A stretch of DNA of 27,159 bases from a bacterium. Its GTDB lineage: Bacteria; Eisenbacteria; RBG-16-71-46. The position numbers and the translations under genes were made by a program. Under the pieces are notes generated by a model. The model was not told the origin of the DNA. It did no database searches and was given only the letters and a program-made list of their open reading frames with translations. This document shows, piece after piece, positions 18,737 to 27,159 of this stretch (its first letter is position 1; every line of letters starts with the position of its first letter). The stretch spans positions 1-27,159 of the forward strand of contig JAYWEM010000049.1 of the NCBI GenBank assembly GCA_043779265.1, given 5' to 3'.

Positions 18737-19300
18737 TCACCGATACCGGGTCTTCAGATTCCCCCAGGTGCCCTGCCAGGTGGGCGTGGCACAACCGCCC
18801 GGCTGAGGCGCGATCCTCGTGCTGCGTGAGACGAGGACCTCGCAGAAGTTCGGAACGAAGGCGCAGAAGGGCGGACTGTAGCTGATCGAGAACGTCACCG
18901 TGGCGATGAAGGTCTCCCCCGTTCGGGTGCCTTCGGTCACGCTCGTGAAATTCACGGTGCAGCCATCATCCTTGAAGCTGCCGGTGCAGGTCAGGTCGAT
19001 CTGCGTGTCCGTGACCGTGCCGTTGCAGTCGTACGTGAAGCCGCCGGAGGTATCCGGTTCCAGCGAGACGCCCGCACACAGCGTGTCCAGCCCGGATTCG
19101 AGCTCGGTGAACACGCGAGGCGAGCACGTGTACGTGGAGTCCTCGTACAGCCAGACACCGGCCCAGGCGGCTGGGATGGCGAAGCCGGTGCCTCGCACGG
19201 CATCGAGTGCACTCGGGCGCTTGAACTCGCGCGCCTCCGAGGCGAGCGGGAGAATGAGGGCGGTCAGCACGACTGCCATCAGGGGACGCAATGCATTCAT
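18737..19300 (-). CDS. Secreted Cys-rich beta protein with C-terminal TWGxLKxxYR motif
   Basis: ATG 19300 with SD GGAG; signal peptide MNALRPLMAVVLTALILPLASEA; 8 Cys; Thr-rich strands; ends TPTWQGTWGNLKTRYR. Upstream promoter-like TTGCTC-16-TAGGGT (19374-19347). Confidence 0.8.
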   Translation of the reverse strand: MNALRPLMAVVLTALILPLASEAREFKRPSALDAVRGTGFAIPAAWAGVWLYEDSTYTCSPRVFTELESGLDTLCAGVSLEPDTSGGFTYDCNGTVTDTQIDLTCTGSFKDDGCTVNFTSVTEGTRTGETFIATVTFSISYSPPFCAFVPNFCEVLVSRSTRIAPQPGGCATPTWQGTWGNLKTRYR

Positions 19301-19379
19301 GGTGCCCGCTCCGTGGATTCGAGGGCGATGACGGGATGACCCCCACACCCTAGCGTTGGATGAGATTCGAGCAACTCCG

Positions 19380-22037
19380 TCACACGCCGTCTGGAGAACC
19401 CGCCCGTGCTTTCAACTCCGCGAGCTTCTGCAGCGCTTGCAGTGGCGTCAGCGCATCCGTGTCGAGAGCCCGCAGTTCGGTCAGGACCTCATGCGGCGGC
19501 GCGGGCAGTTCGAACAAGGGCAGTGCAGCCGGAGCCGGCGTCGCGCGCGAGCGCTTCGCAGGCGAAGCGGCCTCCAGATGATCGACCGTGCGTTCGCTCT
19601 CGAGTTCCGCAAGGACCACGGCGGCCCGCGCCAGCACGGAAGGCGGCAGCCCGGCGAGGCGCGCGACGTGGATACCGTAGCTACGATCGGCCGCACCCTC
19701 GACGATCCGGTGCAGGAAGACGACGCCGTCGCCCCACTCCTTCACCGCGACATGGACGTTCGCCAGACGCGGCAGGCGTTCCGAGAGTTGTGTCAGTTCG
19801 TGATAGTGGGTGGCGAAGATCGTGCGAGGCCGTGGTCCCGAGGCCTCGTGCAGATGCTCCGTGACCGCCCAGGCGAGCGCGAGGCCGTCGTAGGTGGCGG
19901 TGCCCCGACCGATCTCGTCGAGGAGCACGACGCTCCTCGGCGTCGCCGACCGGAGGATCTCGGCGGTCTCGCTCATCTCCACCATGAAGGTGCTCTGCCC
20001 CGCCCCCAGCCGATCGGCAGCGCCGACACGGGTGAACAGTCGATCGACGAGCCCGATCACCGCCCGGCGCGCCGGGACCCATGAACCCGACTGCGCGAGC
20101 AGCACGATCAGCGCGACCTGCCTCAGGTAGGTGCTCTTGCCACCCATGTTGGGCCCGGTCAGAAGCAGCATCTGACGCGCGCTGCCCGAGAGGCGGACGT
20201 CATTCGGAACGAATTCGCCACGCGGCAGCAAGCGCTCCACCGCCGGATGACGAGCCTCATCGAGTTCGAGCCGGTCGGAGTCCTCGACCACGGGACGACT
20301 CCATCCGAAGCGAGCGGCCGCCTCCGCCAGCGAGGCCTCGGCATCGAGGCGCCCGAGCGCCTCAGCGGCCCGCAGCAGCGAGGGCACATGCGCACCCACC
20401 GCGTCGCGCAGCGCCACGAACTGCTCGTGCTCTCGCGCCCGCAACTTGTCCTCCGCGCCCAGCACCTCGCTTTCACGGGCCTTGAGCGCCGGCGTCACAT
20501 AGCGCTCGGCGTTGGTGAGCGTCTGCCGTCTCTCCCATTCGGCGGGCACCTTGTCGCGGTGAGCGTGCGTCACCTCGAGGTAGTAGCCGAACACCTTGTT
20601 GTAGCCGACCTTCAATGTCGTGATTCCGGTCCGCGTCCGTTCGGTCGCCTCCAGCTCGGCGATCCAGCGCTTGCCCGAATGCGCCAGGGCATGGAGTTCG
20701 TCCCGCACCGGGTCGTGGCCCTCGCGCAGGATCCCGCCCTCGCGAGACGTCATCGGGGGATCCTCGACCAACGCTCGCTCGAGCATCTCGCGCAGGGACG
20801 GGGACACCGACAGGGCCGAACGCACCTGATCGAACGTCGACTCGCCCAACGCACCCAGCACGTTCGCCAGTTCGGGCAGGCGCGACAACGCATCGCGCAG
20901 TGCGCCCAGGTCCCTCGGTGTCGCCCGCGAAGCCGAGATGCGCGAGGCGAGGCGTTCGAGATCGGGCAGGCCGCGCAGCGTCTCGCGGAAGGTGCCGCGC
21001 GGCGAATCGGGACGGAGCCACGCGGCGATCCGCTCCTGACGAGCAGTGATCGCGGCCACCGAGGCGAGCGGACGCTCGAGCCACGAGCGCAACCGCCTCG
21101 CACCGAGCGACGTGACCGAGAGGTCCACGTGATGCCACAGCGTGTGGCGCGCCTCGCCGCCCGGCTGCGGCTGGAACAACTCCAGATGCCGGGCGGTCGC
21201 CGCGTCGTAGCGGAGCACCGAGTCCTCGCTCCAGCGCTCCACGCGCGTCATCTGGAGTGCCGCGCCGCCTTGCGAGCGATCGAGGTACTCGAGGGCGCCG
21301 GCTGCGGCCCGCAGCGCCAGTGGCACATCGTCGAGTCGTTCGCGATCGGCGACGCTCCATCGCTCGAGGACGCTGGCCCCTTCCGCGAAGCGGGCGATCG
21401 GCGCGCGGCTGCGAGCGCCCGGCAATCCTGCGAGCGCGCTCTCCACTCGTCCGGCGGCCGTCTCGTCCAGCTCGGCGGGAACCAGCCACTCCGACACCTG
21501 GACCCTCGACAGCGCCGCTCCGGCATCCTCCCACGCCGCTTCGAGCAATCGCGTCTCGCCGGTCGAGGCATCGGCCAGGGCGACTCCGACCCGGTCGTCC
21601 TGCGGCCACAGTGCGCCGAGGTAGTTGTGCGCCCCGGACTCCAGAAAATGGTCACTCGTCACCGAGCCCGGCGTGAGGATCTCAGTGACCCCTCGTTGCA
21701 CGAGGCCCTTGGCCTCCGAGGCATCCTCGAGCTGATCGCAGATCGCGACTTTGTGCCCGAGTCGGAGCAGTCGGCCCACGTAGCCGTCTCGCTGATGCCA
21801 CGGAATGCCGCACATCGGGATCGGATTCTCGTCCTGCTTGTTGCGGCTGGTGAGGGTCAGCCCGAGCAGACGTGCCGCCGCAACGGCATCCTCGAAGAAA
21901 AGTTCGTAGAAGTCGCCGAGTCGGAAGAACAGGAACGCATCGGCGTGATCCTGCTTGGTGGTGAGGTACTGACGCATGAGGGGTGTGCGTGCGGCCTCGC
22001 TGCGTGACGCGGCGGCCGCGTCCATCGCCTGCGTCAT
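19380..22037 (-). CDS. mutS: DNA mismatch repair protein MutS (MutS1)
   Basis: TPLMRQY, FFRLGDFYELF (mismatch-binding Phe), PMCGIP, GPNMGGKSTYLRQ, STFMVEM, LLDEIGRGT, FATHYHELT, SYGIHVARLAGLP. Confidence 0.98.
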   Translation of the reverse strand: MTQAMDAAAASRSEAARTPLMRQYLTTKQDHADAFLFFRLGDFYELFFEDAVAAARLLGLTLTSRNKQDENPIPMCGIPWHQRDGYVGRLLRLGHKVAICDQLEDASEAKGLVQRGVTEILTPGSVTSDHFLESGAHNYLGALWPQDDRVGVALADASTGETRLLEAAWEDAGAALSRVQVSEWLVPAELDETAAGRVESALAGLPGARSRAPIARFAEGASVLERWSVADRERLDDVPLALRAAAGALEYLDRSQGGAALQMTRVERWSEDSVLRYDAATARHLELFQPQPGGEARHTLWHHVDLSVTSLGARRLRSWLERPLASVAAITARQERIAAWLRPDSPRGTFRETLRGLPDLERLASRISASRATPRDLGALRDALSRLPELANVLGALGESTFDQVRSALSVSPSLREMLERALVEDPPMTSREGGILREGHDPVRDELHALAHSGKRWIAELEATERTRTGITTLKVGYNKVFGYYLEVTHAHRDKVPAEWERRQTLTNAERYVTPALKARESEVLGAEDKLRAREHEQFVALRDAVGAHVPSLLRAAEALGRLDAEASLAEAAARFGWSRPVVEDSDRLELDEARHPAVERLLPRGEFVPNDVRLSGSARQMLLLTGPNMGGKSTYLRQVALIVLLAQSGSWVPARRAVIGLVDRLFTRVGAADRLGAGQSTFMVEMSETAEILRSATPRSVVLLDEIGRGTATYDGLALAWAVTEHLHEASGPRPRTIFATHYHELTQLSERLPRLANVHVAVKEWGDGVVFLHRIVEGAADRSYGIHVARLAGLPPSVLARAAVVLAELESERTVDHLEAASPAKRSRATPAPAALPLFELPAPPHEVLTELRALDTDALTPLQALQKLAELKARAGSPDGV

Positions 22038-22672
22038 GGCTTCACGACCGGTCGCGGCGCCACCGCCGGGTTCCGAGCCGCTTCCGGGCTCGCCGGGTAC
22101 TCGCGCACGAGACGGCGCCTCGTCTCGGCCGCAGCATCCGGGTGTTTCAGCTGGTCGTGCAGCAGGGCGGCGCGCTCCAACGCGCTCGCCCCGATCTCCC
22201 CCGGCTGCTCCGAGAGGAGCTTCGAGTAGAGTTCGAGCGCCTGCGCCTTATGCCCTTCGAGTTCAAGTGCCTGCGCGGTGGCCATCCGGGCGGCGGCGCG
22301 AATGGGTCCCGAAGCTCGCAGAGCCTCGCTCGCGGCGCCCCTCGCCTCGGCCGGCGCTCCGAGCGCCAGCGCCGCGCGTGCCGCACCGATACGCGCCCAG
22401 TGGCGTTCGTCACCCGAGAGCCTCTGTGCGGCCCGCAGATAGGCCGCGCGTGCCTGACCGTACTCCCCGCGCAGCTGATGCCACATCGCCAGATGCCACA
22501 CAGCTGAAGCGCCCCTCGGGCCCCGGTCGCGGGCCTCGAGGTCGTGCAGGGACGCTTCGAGGCTGTCGCCCTGGACGTTGGGCGGCACGATCTCGCGCAG
22601 GGCCATCACCGCCGAGGCGGGTGCCGGCAGAAGCAGTCCGAACAGACAGGTGAGCATGATCGGGGTTCGCAT
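22034..22672 (-). CDS. Exported tetratricopeptide-repeat protein (CpoB/BamD-like TPR tail)
   Basis: ATG 22672, signal peptide MRTPIMLTCLFGLLLPAPASA; Ala-rich TPR-like helices (GEYGQARAAY, AQALELEGHKAQALELY); tail LVREYPASPEA; ATGA overlap with mutS. Confidence 0.7.
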   Translation of the reverse strand: MRTPIMLTCLFGLLLPAPASAVMALREIVPPNVQGDSLEASLHDLEARDRGPRGASAVWHLAMWHQLRGEYGQARAAYLRAAQRLSGDERHWARIGAARAALALGAPAEARGAASEALRASGPIRAAARMATAQALELEGHKAQALELYSKLLSEQPGEIGASALERAALLHDQLKHPDAAAETRRRLVREYPASPEAARNPAVAPRPVVKP

Positions 22673-22709
22673 GGCCCCGGAGCATAGTGGCGGCAGCGGG
22701 CGACGCCAA
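22673..22709 (-). promoter_or_regulatory. Putative sigma70 promoter giving a leaderless TPR-mutS mRNA
   Basis: TTGGCG (22709-22704), 17 nt, TATGCT (22686-22681), 8 nt, ATG (22672). Confidence 0.6.
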
Positions 22710-22753
22710 GAGCAGGCGATGCGGGGTCGCCCCACCACCCCCGCGCCATGAGA

Positions 22754-22792
22754 GGAGGGCCGGTCCCCCGCTTCCGGGAGACCGGCCCCTCC
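22754..22792 (-). terminator. Strong hairpin after rpsA (intrinsic terminator-like)
   Basis: Minus strand GGAGGGGCCGGTCTCCCG-GAAG-CGGGGGACCGGCCCTCC, starting about 23 nt after the rpsA stop; weak U-tract. Confidence 0.7.
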
Positions 22793-22815
22793 GTGTGACG
22801 GGATATCAGATCCGA

Positions 22816-24627
22816 CTACTCGTCGCTGCCGCCCTCATCGCGCGGCCGCGGAACCGAGGGATCCTCGACCGGCGGGTTGGCGGCGATGTTGGCACGCACC
22901 TGATTGCGCTTCGACGTCCACTCGGCCAGGGCGATGTCGTCCTGGTCCTGCAGCCACGCCTTGACGCTCAGGATGAGCCGATGATTCGGCACGTCGACGC
23001 GAGTCACCTTCATGACGAGCTGCTCGCCCACCTCGAAGGCATCGTTCGGACGCTTGAGATCATCGAGACCCAACTGCGACAGCGGCACGAACCCCTCGAT
23101 GCCGTCGCCGAGATCCACGATCGCACCGCGATCGAAGAGTCGGTTGACGACGCCGTTCAGTTCGAGACCCGACGGGAACCGCTCCGCGAGCTCCGGCCAC
23201 GGATCGTCGCTCACCTGCTTCAGGCCGAGCGAGATGCGGCGGTGCTCCTTGTCGATCGACAGCACGACCACCTCGACCGCGTCCCCCTTCTTGAGGACCT
23301 CACTCGGGTGCGCCACGCGCTTGGTCCACGACATGTCGGACACGTGCACGAGACCGTCGATGCCCTCTTCCAGCTCGACGAACGCGCCGAAGTTGGTGAG
23401 GTTGCGGACCTTGCCCTTGACGCGCATGCCCGGCGGGTACTTCTGGTCGAGCGTCAGCCATGGATCCGGTTCGACCTGCTTGAGGCCCAACGAGATCTTC
23501 TCCGCAGCCTTGTCCACCTTCAGCACCACGGCTTCGATGACGTCACCGATGTTGACCACCTTCGAGGGGTGGCGCACATGGCGCGTCCACGACATCTCGG
23601 ACACATGGATCAGACCCTCGATGCCCTTCTCGAGCTCGATGAACGCGCCGTAGTCCGTGATGGACACGACACGACCCTGGATCCGGTCGCCGACCTTGTA
23701 CTTCTCCTCGACGCCTTCCCACGGATAAGCCTCGAGCTGCTTGAGGCCGAGCGAGATGCGCTCCTTCTCCGGGTCGAAGTTGAGCACCTTGACGCGCACC
23801 TTGTCGCCGATCTTGACCAGCTCGGACGGATGAGCGACACGGCCCCACGACATATCCGTGATGTGCAGCAGACCGTCGATGCCACCGAGGTCCACGAACG
23901 CGCCGAAGTCGGTGATGTTCTTGACCACGCCCTCGCGGATCTGGTCTTTGGCCAGGTCCTTGAGAATGGTGGTCTTCATGCGGTCGCGCTCCTCCTCGAG
24001 GACGGCACGACGCGACACCACGATGTTCCGGCGACGCTTGTTGAGCTTGATGATCTTGACGGACACGTTCTGCCCGAGAAGCGCGTCGACGTTCTGCACC
24101 TGGCGCAGAGCGATCTGCGAGCCAGGGAGGAACGCCTCGACGCCGTACAGATCGACGACGACACCGCCCTTGATCTTGCGGATCAGGCGGCCTTCGACGA
24201 TCTGGGCATTGTCGTGTGCCTCCTTGACGCGGTCCCACACCCGGACGAAGTCGGCGCGCTGCTTCGACAGCACGACCAGGCCATCCTGGTTCTCCATCTT
24301 CTCGAGGAAGACCTCGAGGATGTCACCGACCTTGAGAGCGCTGGGATCCGGGAACTCGGAGAGCGAGATGATGCCCTCGCTCTTGAACCCGACGTCGACC
24401 AGCACGTCCTTGTCGTCGATGGTGAGGATCGTGCCACGCACGATCTCGCCTTCGCCGATGGAGCGCATCGACTCCTCATACGCACCGAACAGTTCGGCGC
24501 GCTGAGCATCGGTCAGCTCCTCCTCATCGTCGTAATTGAGTGGGGCCTTCGGGAGTGGCTGCGACCTCTTACTGGGCGTGAAGCCCGTTGTCGCGGGGTT
24601 GGGGTGGGTCTCGGTTGCTTCAACCAT
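22816..24627 (-). CDS. rpsA: 30S ribosomal protein S1
   Basis: Six S1 repeats (VLVDVGFKSEG, EAFLPGSQ, FGAFVDLGGIDGLLHITDMSW, YGAFIELEKGIEGLIHVSEMSW, FGAFVELEEGIDGLVHVSDMSW, GIEGFVPLSQL); SD GGAGGT. Confidence 0.98.
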   Translation of the reverse strand: MVEATETHPNPATTGFTPSKRSQPLPKAPLNYDDEEELTDAQRAELFGAYEESMRSIGEGEIVRGTILTIDDKDVLVDVGFKSEGIISLSEFPDPSALKVGDILEVFLEKMENQDGLVVLSKQRADFVRVWDRVKEAHDNAQIVEGRLIRKIKGGVVVDLYGVEAFLPGSQIALRQVQNVDALLGQNVSVKIIKLNKRRRNIVVSRRAVLEEERDRMKTTILKDLAKDQIREGVVKNITDFGAFVDLGGIDGLLHITDMSWGRVAHPSELVKIGDKVRVKVLNFDPEKERISLGLKQLEAYPWEGVEEKYKVGDRIQGRVVSITDYGAFIELEKGIEGLIHVSEMSWTRHVRHPSKVVNIGDVIEAVVLKVDKAAEKISLGLKQVEPDPWLTLDQKYPPGMRVKGKVRNLTNFGAFVELEEGIDGLVHVSDMSWTKRVAHPSEVLKKGDAVEVVVLSIDKEHRRISLGLKQVSDDPWPELAERFPSGLELNGVVNRLFDRGAIVDLGDGIEGFVPLSQLGLDDLKRPNDAFEVGEQLVMKVTRVDVPNHRLILSVKAWLQDQDDIALAEWTSKRNQVRANIAANPPVEDPSVPRPRDEGGSDE

Positions 24628-24648
24628 GTGATCCAGTGACCTCCGTAC

Positions 24649-25317
24649 TTATGAAGTATGGGAGCGGGGGTCGCCCGCTTCCGGTGCCGCCATCCTCTCC
24701 CCGGCGGCCTTGAGTGCCGCGATCTCGCGCATCACCCCGTCGCCGACGCTCTGATAGAGCTCGCGACCGGGTTCGAGACTCGCAGCCTCTCCCGCCAGGT
24801 CCTGCCAGGTCCTCGCCACACCGATGCGCACCTGAACGTGTGCGCCTCGCAGCAACCAGGACCCCGATCGATCACTTCCCGAGATGTGACAAGGCAGGAT
24901 GCGCGCGTCCGTCGCGGTCGCGAGCATCCCCAATCCCGGACGTGCCCGATGCAGCTTGCCGTCGCCCATCCGCCCCCCTTCGGGGAACAGGATGAGCGCC
25001 TGCCCTGCACGAAGCACCTCTCTCGCCCTCGTGAGTCCCCTCATGTCCGCGCTGCCACGCCGAATGGGAATGGCGTTGAATGAGCGGATCATCCCGCCGA
25101 AGACCGGATTGCGGAACAGATCCTCCTTGGCGAGGTAATGCAGTTCACGCCATACGGCACAACCGACAAGCGGTGGATCCCAGAACGAGATGTGGTTCGA
25201 GGCGACGATGAGACCGCCCGACTTCGGGACGTTCTCCCGGCCCTCGACCCGCAATCCGCTCAAGGTCCCCACGAGACCATTGATCAGAGACCGGGCGACA
25301 CTGTAGTGCAGGCTCAG
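24649..25317 (-). CDS. plsC: 1-acyl-sn-glycerol-3-phosphate acyltransferase (PlsC family)
   Basis: NHISFWD (HxxxxD), LAKEDLF, FPEGGR; cmk-plsC-rpsA context. Start uncertain: TTG at 25395, or CTG at 25317/25311 after GGAGG. Confidence 0.88.
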   Translation of the reverse strand: MSLHYSVARSLINGLVGTLSGLRVEGRENVPKSGGLIVASNHISFWDPPLVGCAVWRELHYLAKEDLFRNPVFGGMIRSFNAIPIRRGSADMRGLTRAREVLRAGQALILFPEGGRMGDGKLHRARPGLGMLATATDARILPCHISGSDRSGSWLLRGAHVQVRIGVARTWQDLAGEAASLEPGRELYQSVGDGVMREIAALKAAGERMAAPEAGDPRSHTS

Positions 25318-25408
25318 TCGGCCTCCAAGTCGGGATCGCGGGGCGCGGTGGCCTCCCCGGAAGTGGGTATCGGCCGCCAGAACGTTGTCCCACAACGATT
25401 CATGCGAT

Positions 25409-26104
25409 TCATGCCGGTGCGCCCGGGACCCGGGGACAATCCGGATGAAGCTGGATCACGGCAAGAACGCGCTCCACCTGGGCCTCGAGCGACAAGCCTG
25501 AGGTGTCGACGTGCAGGGCATCGTCCGCCGGTTTGAGGGGACTGTCGAGCCGATCCCGGTCGCGAGCGTCGCGCCGATCGAGATCCGCGCGGACATCGGC
25601 GATCGAGGCGGCCATGCCTCGAAGCCCCAGTTCGCGGCGGCGCCGCTCGGCGCGCGTCTCGAGATCGGCATCGAGGTAGATCTTCACCTCGGCTCTCGGG
25701 AAGACCACGGTTCCCAGATCGCGCCCCTCCCCGACGAGCGGCCCGAGCGCGCTCATCTCCCGCTGCCAGCGGACCAATACGGCACGCACGGCCGACAGCG
25801 CGGCGACGCGCGAGGCGGCCTCGCTCACCTGCGGCGTCCGGATCTCGCGCGTGACATCGCGGGCGTCCAAGCGAACCTCGGGGTGCGACGGCGTTCCGCT
25901 CGTTTCGACGTGTGTGGTCTCCAGCAACTCGGCGATCGCTTCCTCGTCATCGAGGGGCGTACCCGAGTCGATCGCCTTCAAGGCGATGGCCCGGTAGAAC
26001 GCGCCGGTGTCGAGGAATGAGAAGCCGAGCCGTTCCGCCACGGCGCGGGCGGTCGTGCTCTTACCCGCCGCGGCGGGGCCGTCGATCGTCACGACGAAAC
26101 TCAT
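25409..26104 (-). CDS. cmk: Cytidylate kinase
   Basis: MSFVVTIDGPAAAGKST, LDTGAFYRA, EGRDLGTVVFP, RD.RD.R..SPL; ATG overlaps the aroA stop (TGATG). Confidence 0.96.
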   Translation of the reverse strand: MSFVVTIDGPAAAGKSTTARAVAERLGFSFLDTGAFYRAIALKAIDSGTPLDDEEAIAELLETTHVETSGTPSHPEVRLDARDVTREIRTPQVSEAASRVAALSAVRAVLVRWQREMSALGPLVGEGRDLGTVVFPRAEVKIYLDADLETRAERRRRELGLRGMAASIADVRADLDRRDARDRDRLDSPLKPADDALHVDTSGLSLEAQVERVLAVIQLHPDCPRVPGAPA

Positions 26105-27159
26105 CACGCGCCCCGCTCGACGCGAGCACCTAGTCCCGCCAGCACGTCGAGGAACGCAGGATCGGAGCTGCGAATGCACTCGGCGTCATCCAGCGACACG
26201 GGCTCATCCGAGCGTGCACCGAGCGCTGCGAACGCCATCGCGATGCGGTGATCGAGACGCGTCTCGACGACACCGCCGGACGGTACGCCTCCCCGCACGG
26301 AGAGTCCGTCGACGTGCGAATGCGCTTCGATGCCGCAGGCCGAGAGGCCATCGACCAGGGCGAGGATGCGGTCGCTCTCCTTGACCGCGAGCTCACCGGC
26401 GCCACGAACGCGAGAGAGTCCATGGGCCGCACTTGCTGCGACGATCCAGGCCGGCACTTCATCGATCAGCGTCGGCGCCCACTCGGCGGGGACATCGAAC
26501 GCCCTCAATTGCCTGGGACCGCGAACCGTCACGTCGCCGACCGGCTCGCCCGCCTCCTCGGATTGCGCCGAGACGGTGACCTCGGCGCCCATCGCCTCGA
26601 GCACGCGCAGGAAACCGGCGCGGGTCGGATTGAGGCTGACGCGGTGAGCCGTCACCTCGCTCCCGGGCACCGCTGCCGCGAGTGCCCACAAGAAGGCAGC
26701 GGCGGAGGGGTCACCGGGAACACGCAGAGTGGCGGCCTTCAGCTTCTGCCCTCCCTCGATCCTGACGCGGCGCCCGCCATGCGAGAGCGATTCGACGGAC
26801 AGATTGGCGCCGAAAGCCGGGAGCATGCGTTCCGTGTGATCACGCGCCGGACCCGGCAGGATCACTTCGGTGGTTCCACGCGCGGCGAGGCCCGCGAGCA
26901 ACAGACAGGTCGAGACCTGTGCGCTGGCGACCTCAGGCGCATGCACGATCGCGGTCAGCGGGCCGCCCATGATCCGAAGTGGTGCGCAGACCTGCTCACC
27001 CTGTCCCTCGATCCGCACGCCCATCCGACGCAGTGGTTCGGCGATGCGCCGCATCGGACGGCCGGAGAGCGAGGGATCGCCGATGAGCGTCGTCGGTTCG
27101 GCGAAACGGGCCACCAGGCCAGCCAACAGCCGCATGGATGTCCCCGAGTTGCCGCATTC
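26104..27159 (-). CDS. aroA: 3-phosphoshikimate 1-carboxyvinyltransferase (EPSP synthase, class II-like), 5' end outside the window
   Basis: CGNSGTSMRLL, GDPSLSGRPM, SAQV, RDHTERML, NPTR, IDE, KESDRI, DHRIAMAF. Confidence 0.95.
   Translation of the reverse strand, partial: ECGNSGTSMRLLAGLVARFAEPTTLIGDPSLSGRPMRRIAEPLRRMGVRIEGQGEQVCAPLRIMGGPLTAIVHAPEVASAQVSTCLLLAGLAARGTTEVILPGPARDHTERMLPAFGANLSVESLSHGGRRVRIEGGQKLKAATLRVPGDPSAAAFLWALAAAVPGSEVTAHRVSLNPTRAGFLRVLEAMGAEVTVSAQSEEAGEPVGDVTVRGPRQLRAFDVPAEWAPTLIDEVPAWIVAASAAHGLSRVRGAGELAVKESDRILALVDGLSACGIEAHSHVDGLSVRGGVPSGGVVETRLDHRIAMAFAALGARSDEPVSLDDAECIRSSDPAFLDVLAGLGARVERGA

Noticed and set aside
22687..24639. 650-aa ORF antisense to rpsA (similar long shadow ORFs at 15619-17571, 20247-22007, 6295-7617, 1562-2776 and 9289-10386)
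   Set aside because: Each mirrors a well-supported gene on the other strand. Strong GC3 bias removes antisense stop codons, and I saw no recognisable motifs in them.

Overview
High-GC (roughly 70% by eye) bacterial chromosomal window of mostly housekeeping genes, mainly on the minus strand: aroA(partial)-cmk-plsC-rpsA, TPR-mutS, ppiD-like foldase, a signalling protein-mutL-miaA-tRNA-Gly(CCC)-der(partial). The plus strand carries pgeF and a yitJ-type methionine gene followed by a holin-family gene and a ykgJ-family gene. I saw no mobile element, CRISPR array or defence system. The most interesting items are: (1) a tightly coupled 4-gene operon (8602-15758) encoding a secreted, circularly permuted, PDZ-less SpoIVB/S55 protease, a secreted 7-bladed beta-propeller/Ig protein, a GT-C (GT87-like) membrane glycosyltransferase and an atypical M28/DUF4910 hydrolase with a winged-helix tail; (2) a secreted Cys-rich protein ending in TWGNLKTRYR, a candidate C-terminal sorting signal, which from my recollection suggests Eisenbacteria or related FCB candidate phyla (inference only); (3) a Rossmann-GAF-degenerate GGDEF protein with an intact RxxD I-site upstream of mutL; (4) four apparently leaderless genes; (5) a hairpin that hides the mutL ribosome-binding site only in read-through transcripts. 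All family assignments come from motif recognition by eye. No searches or computations were run.
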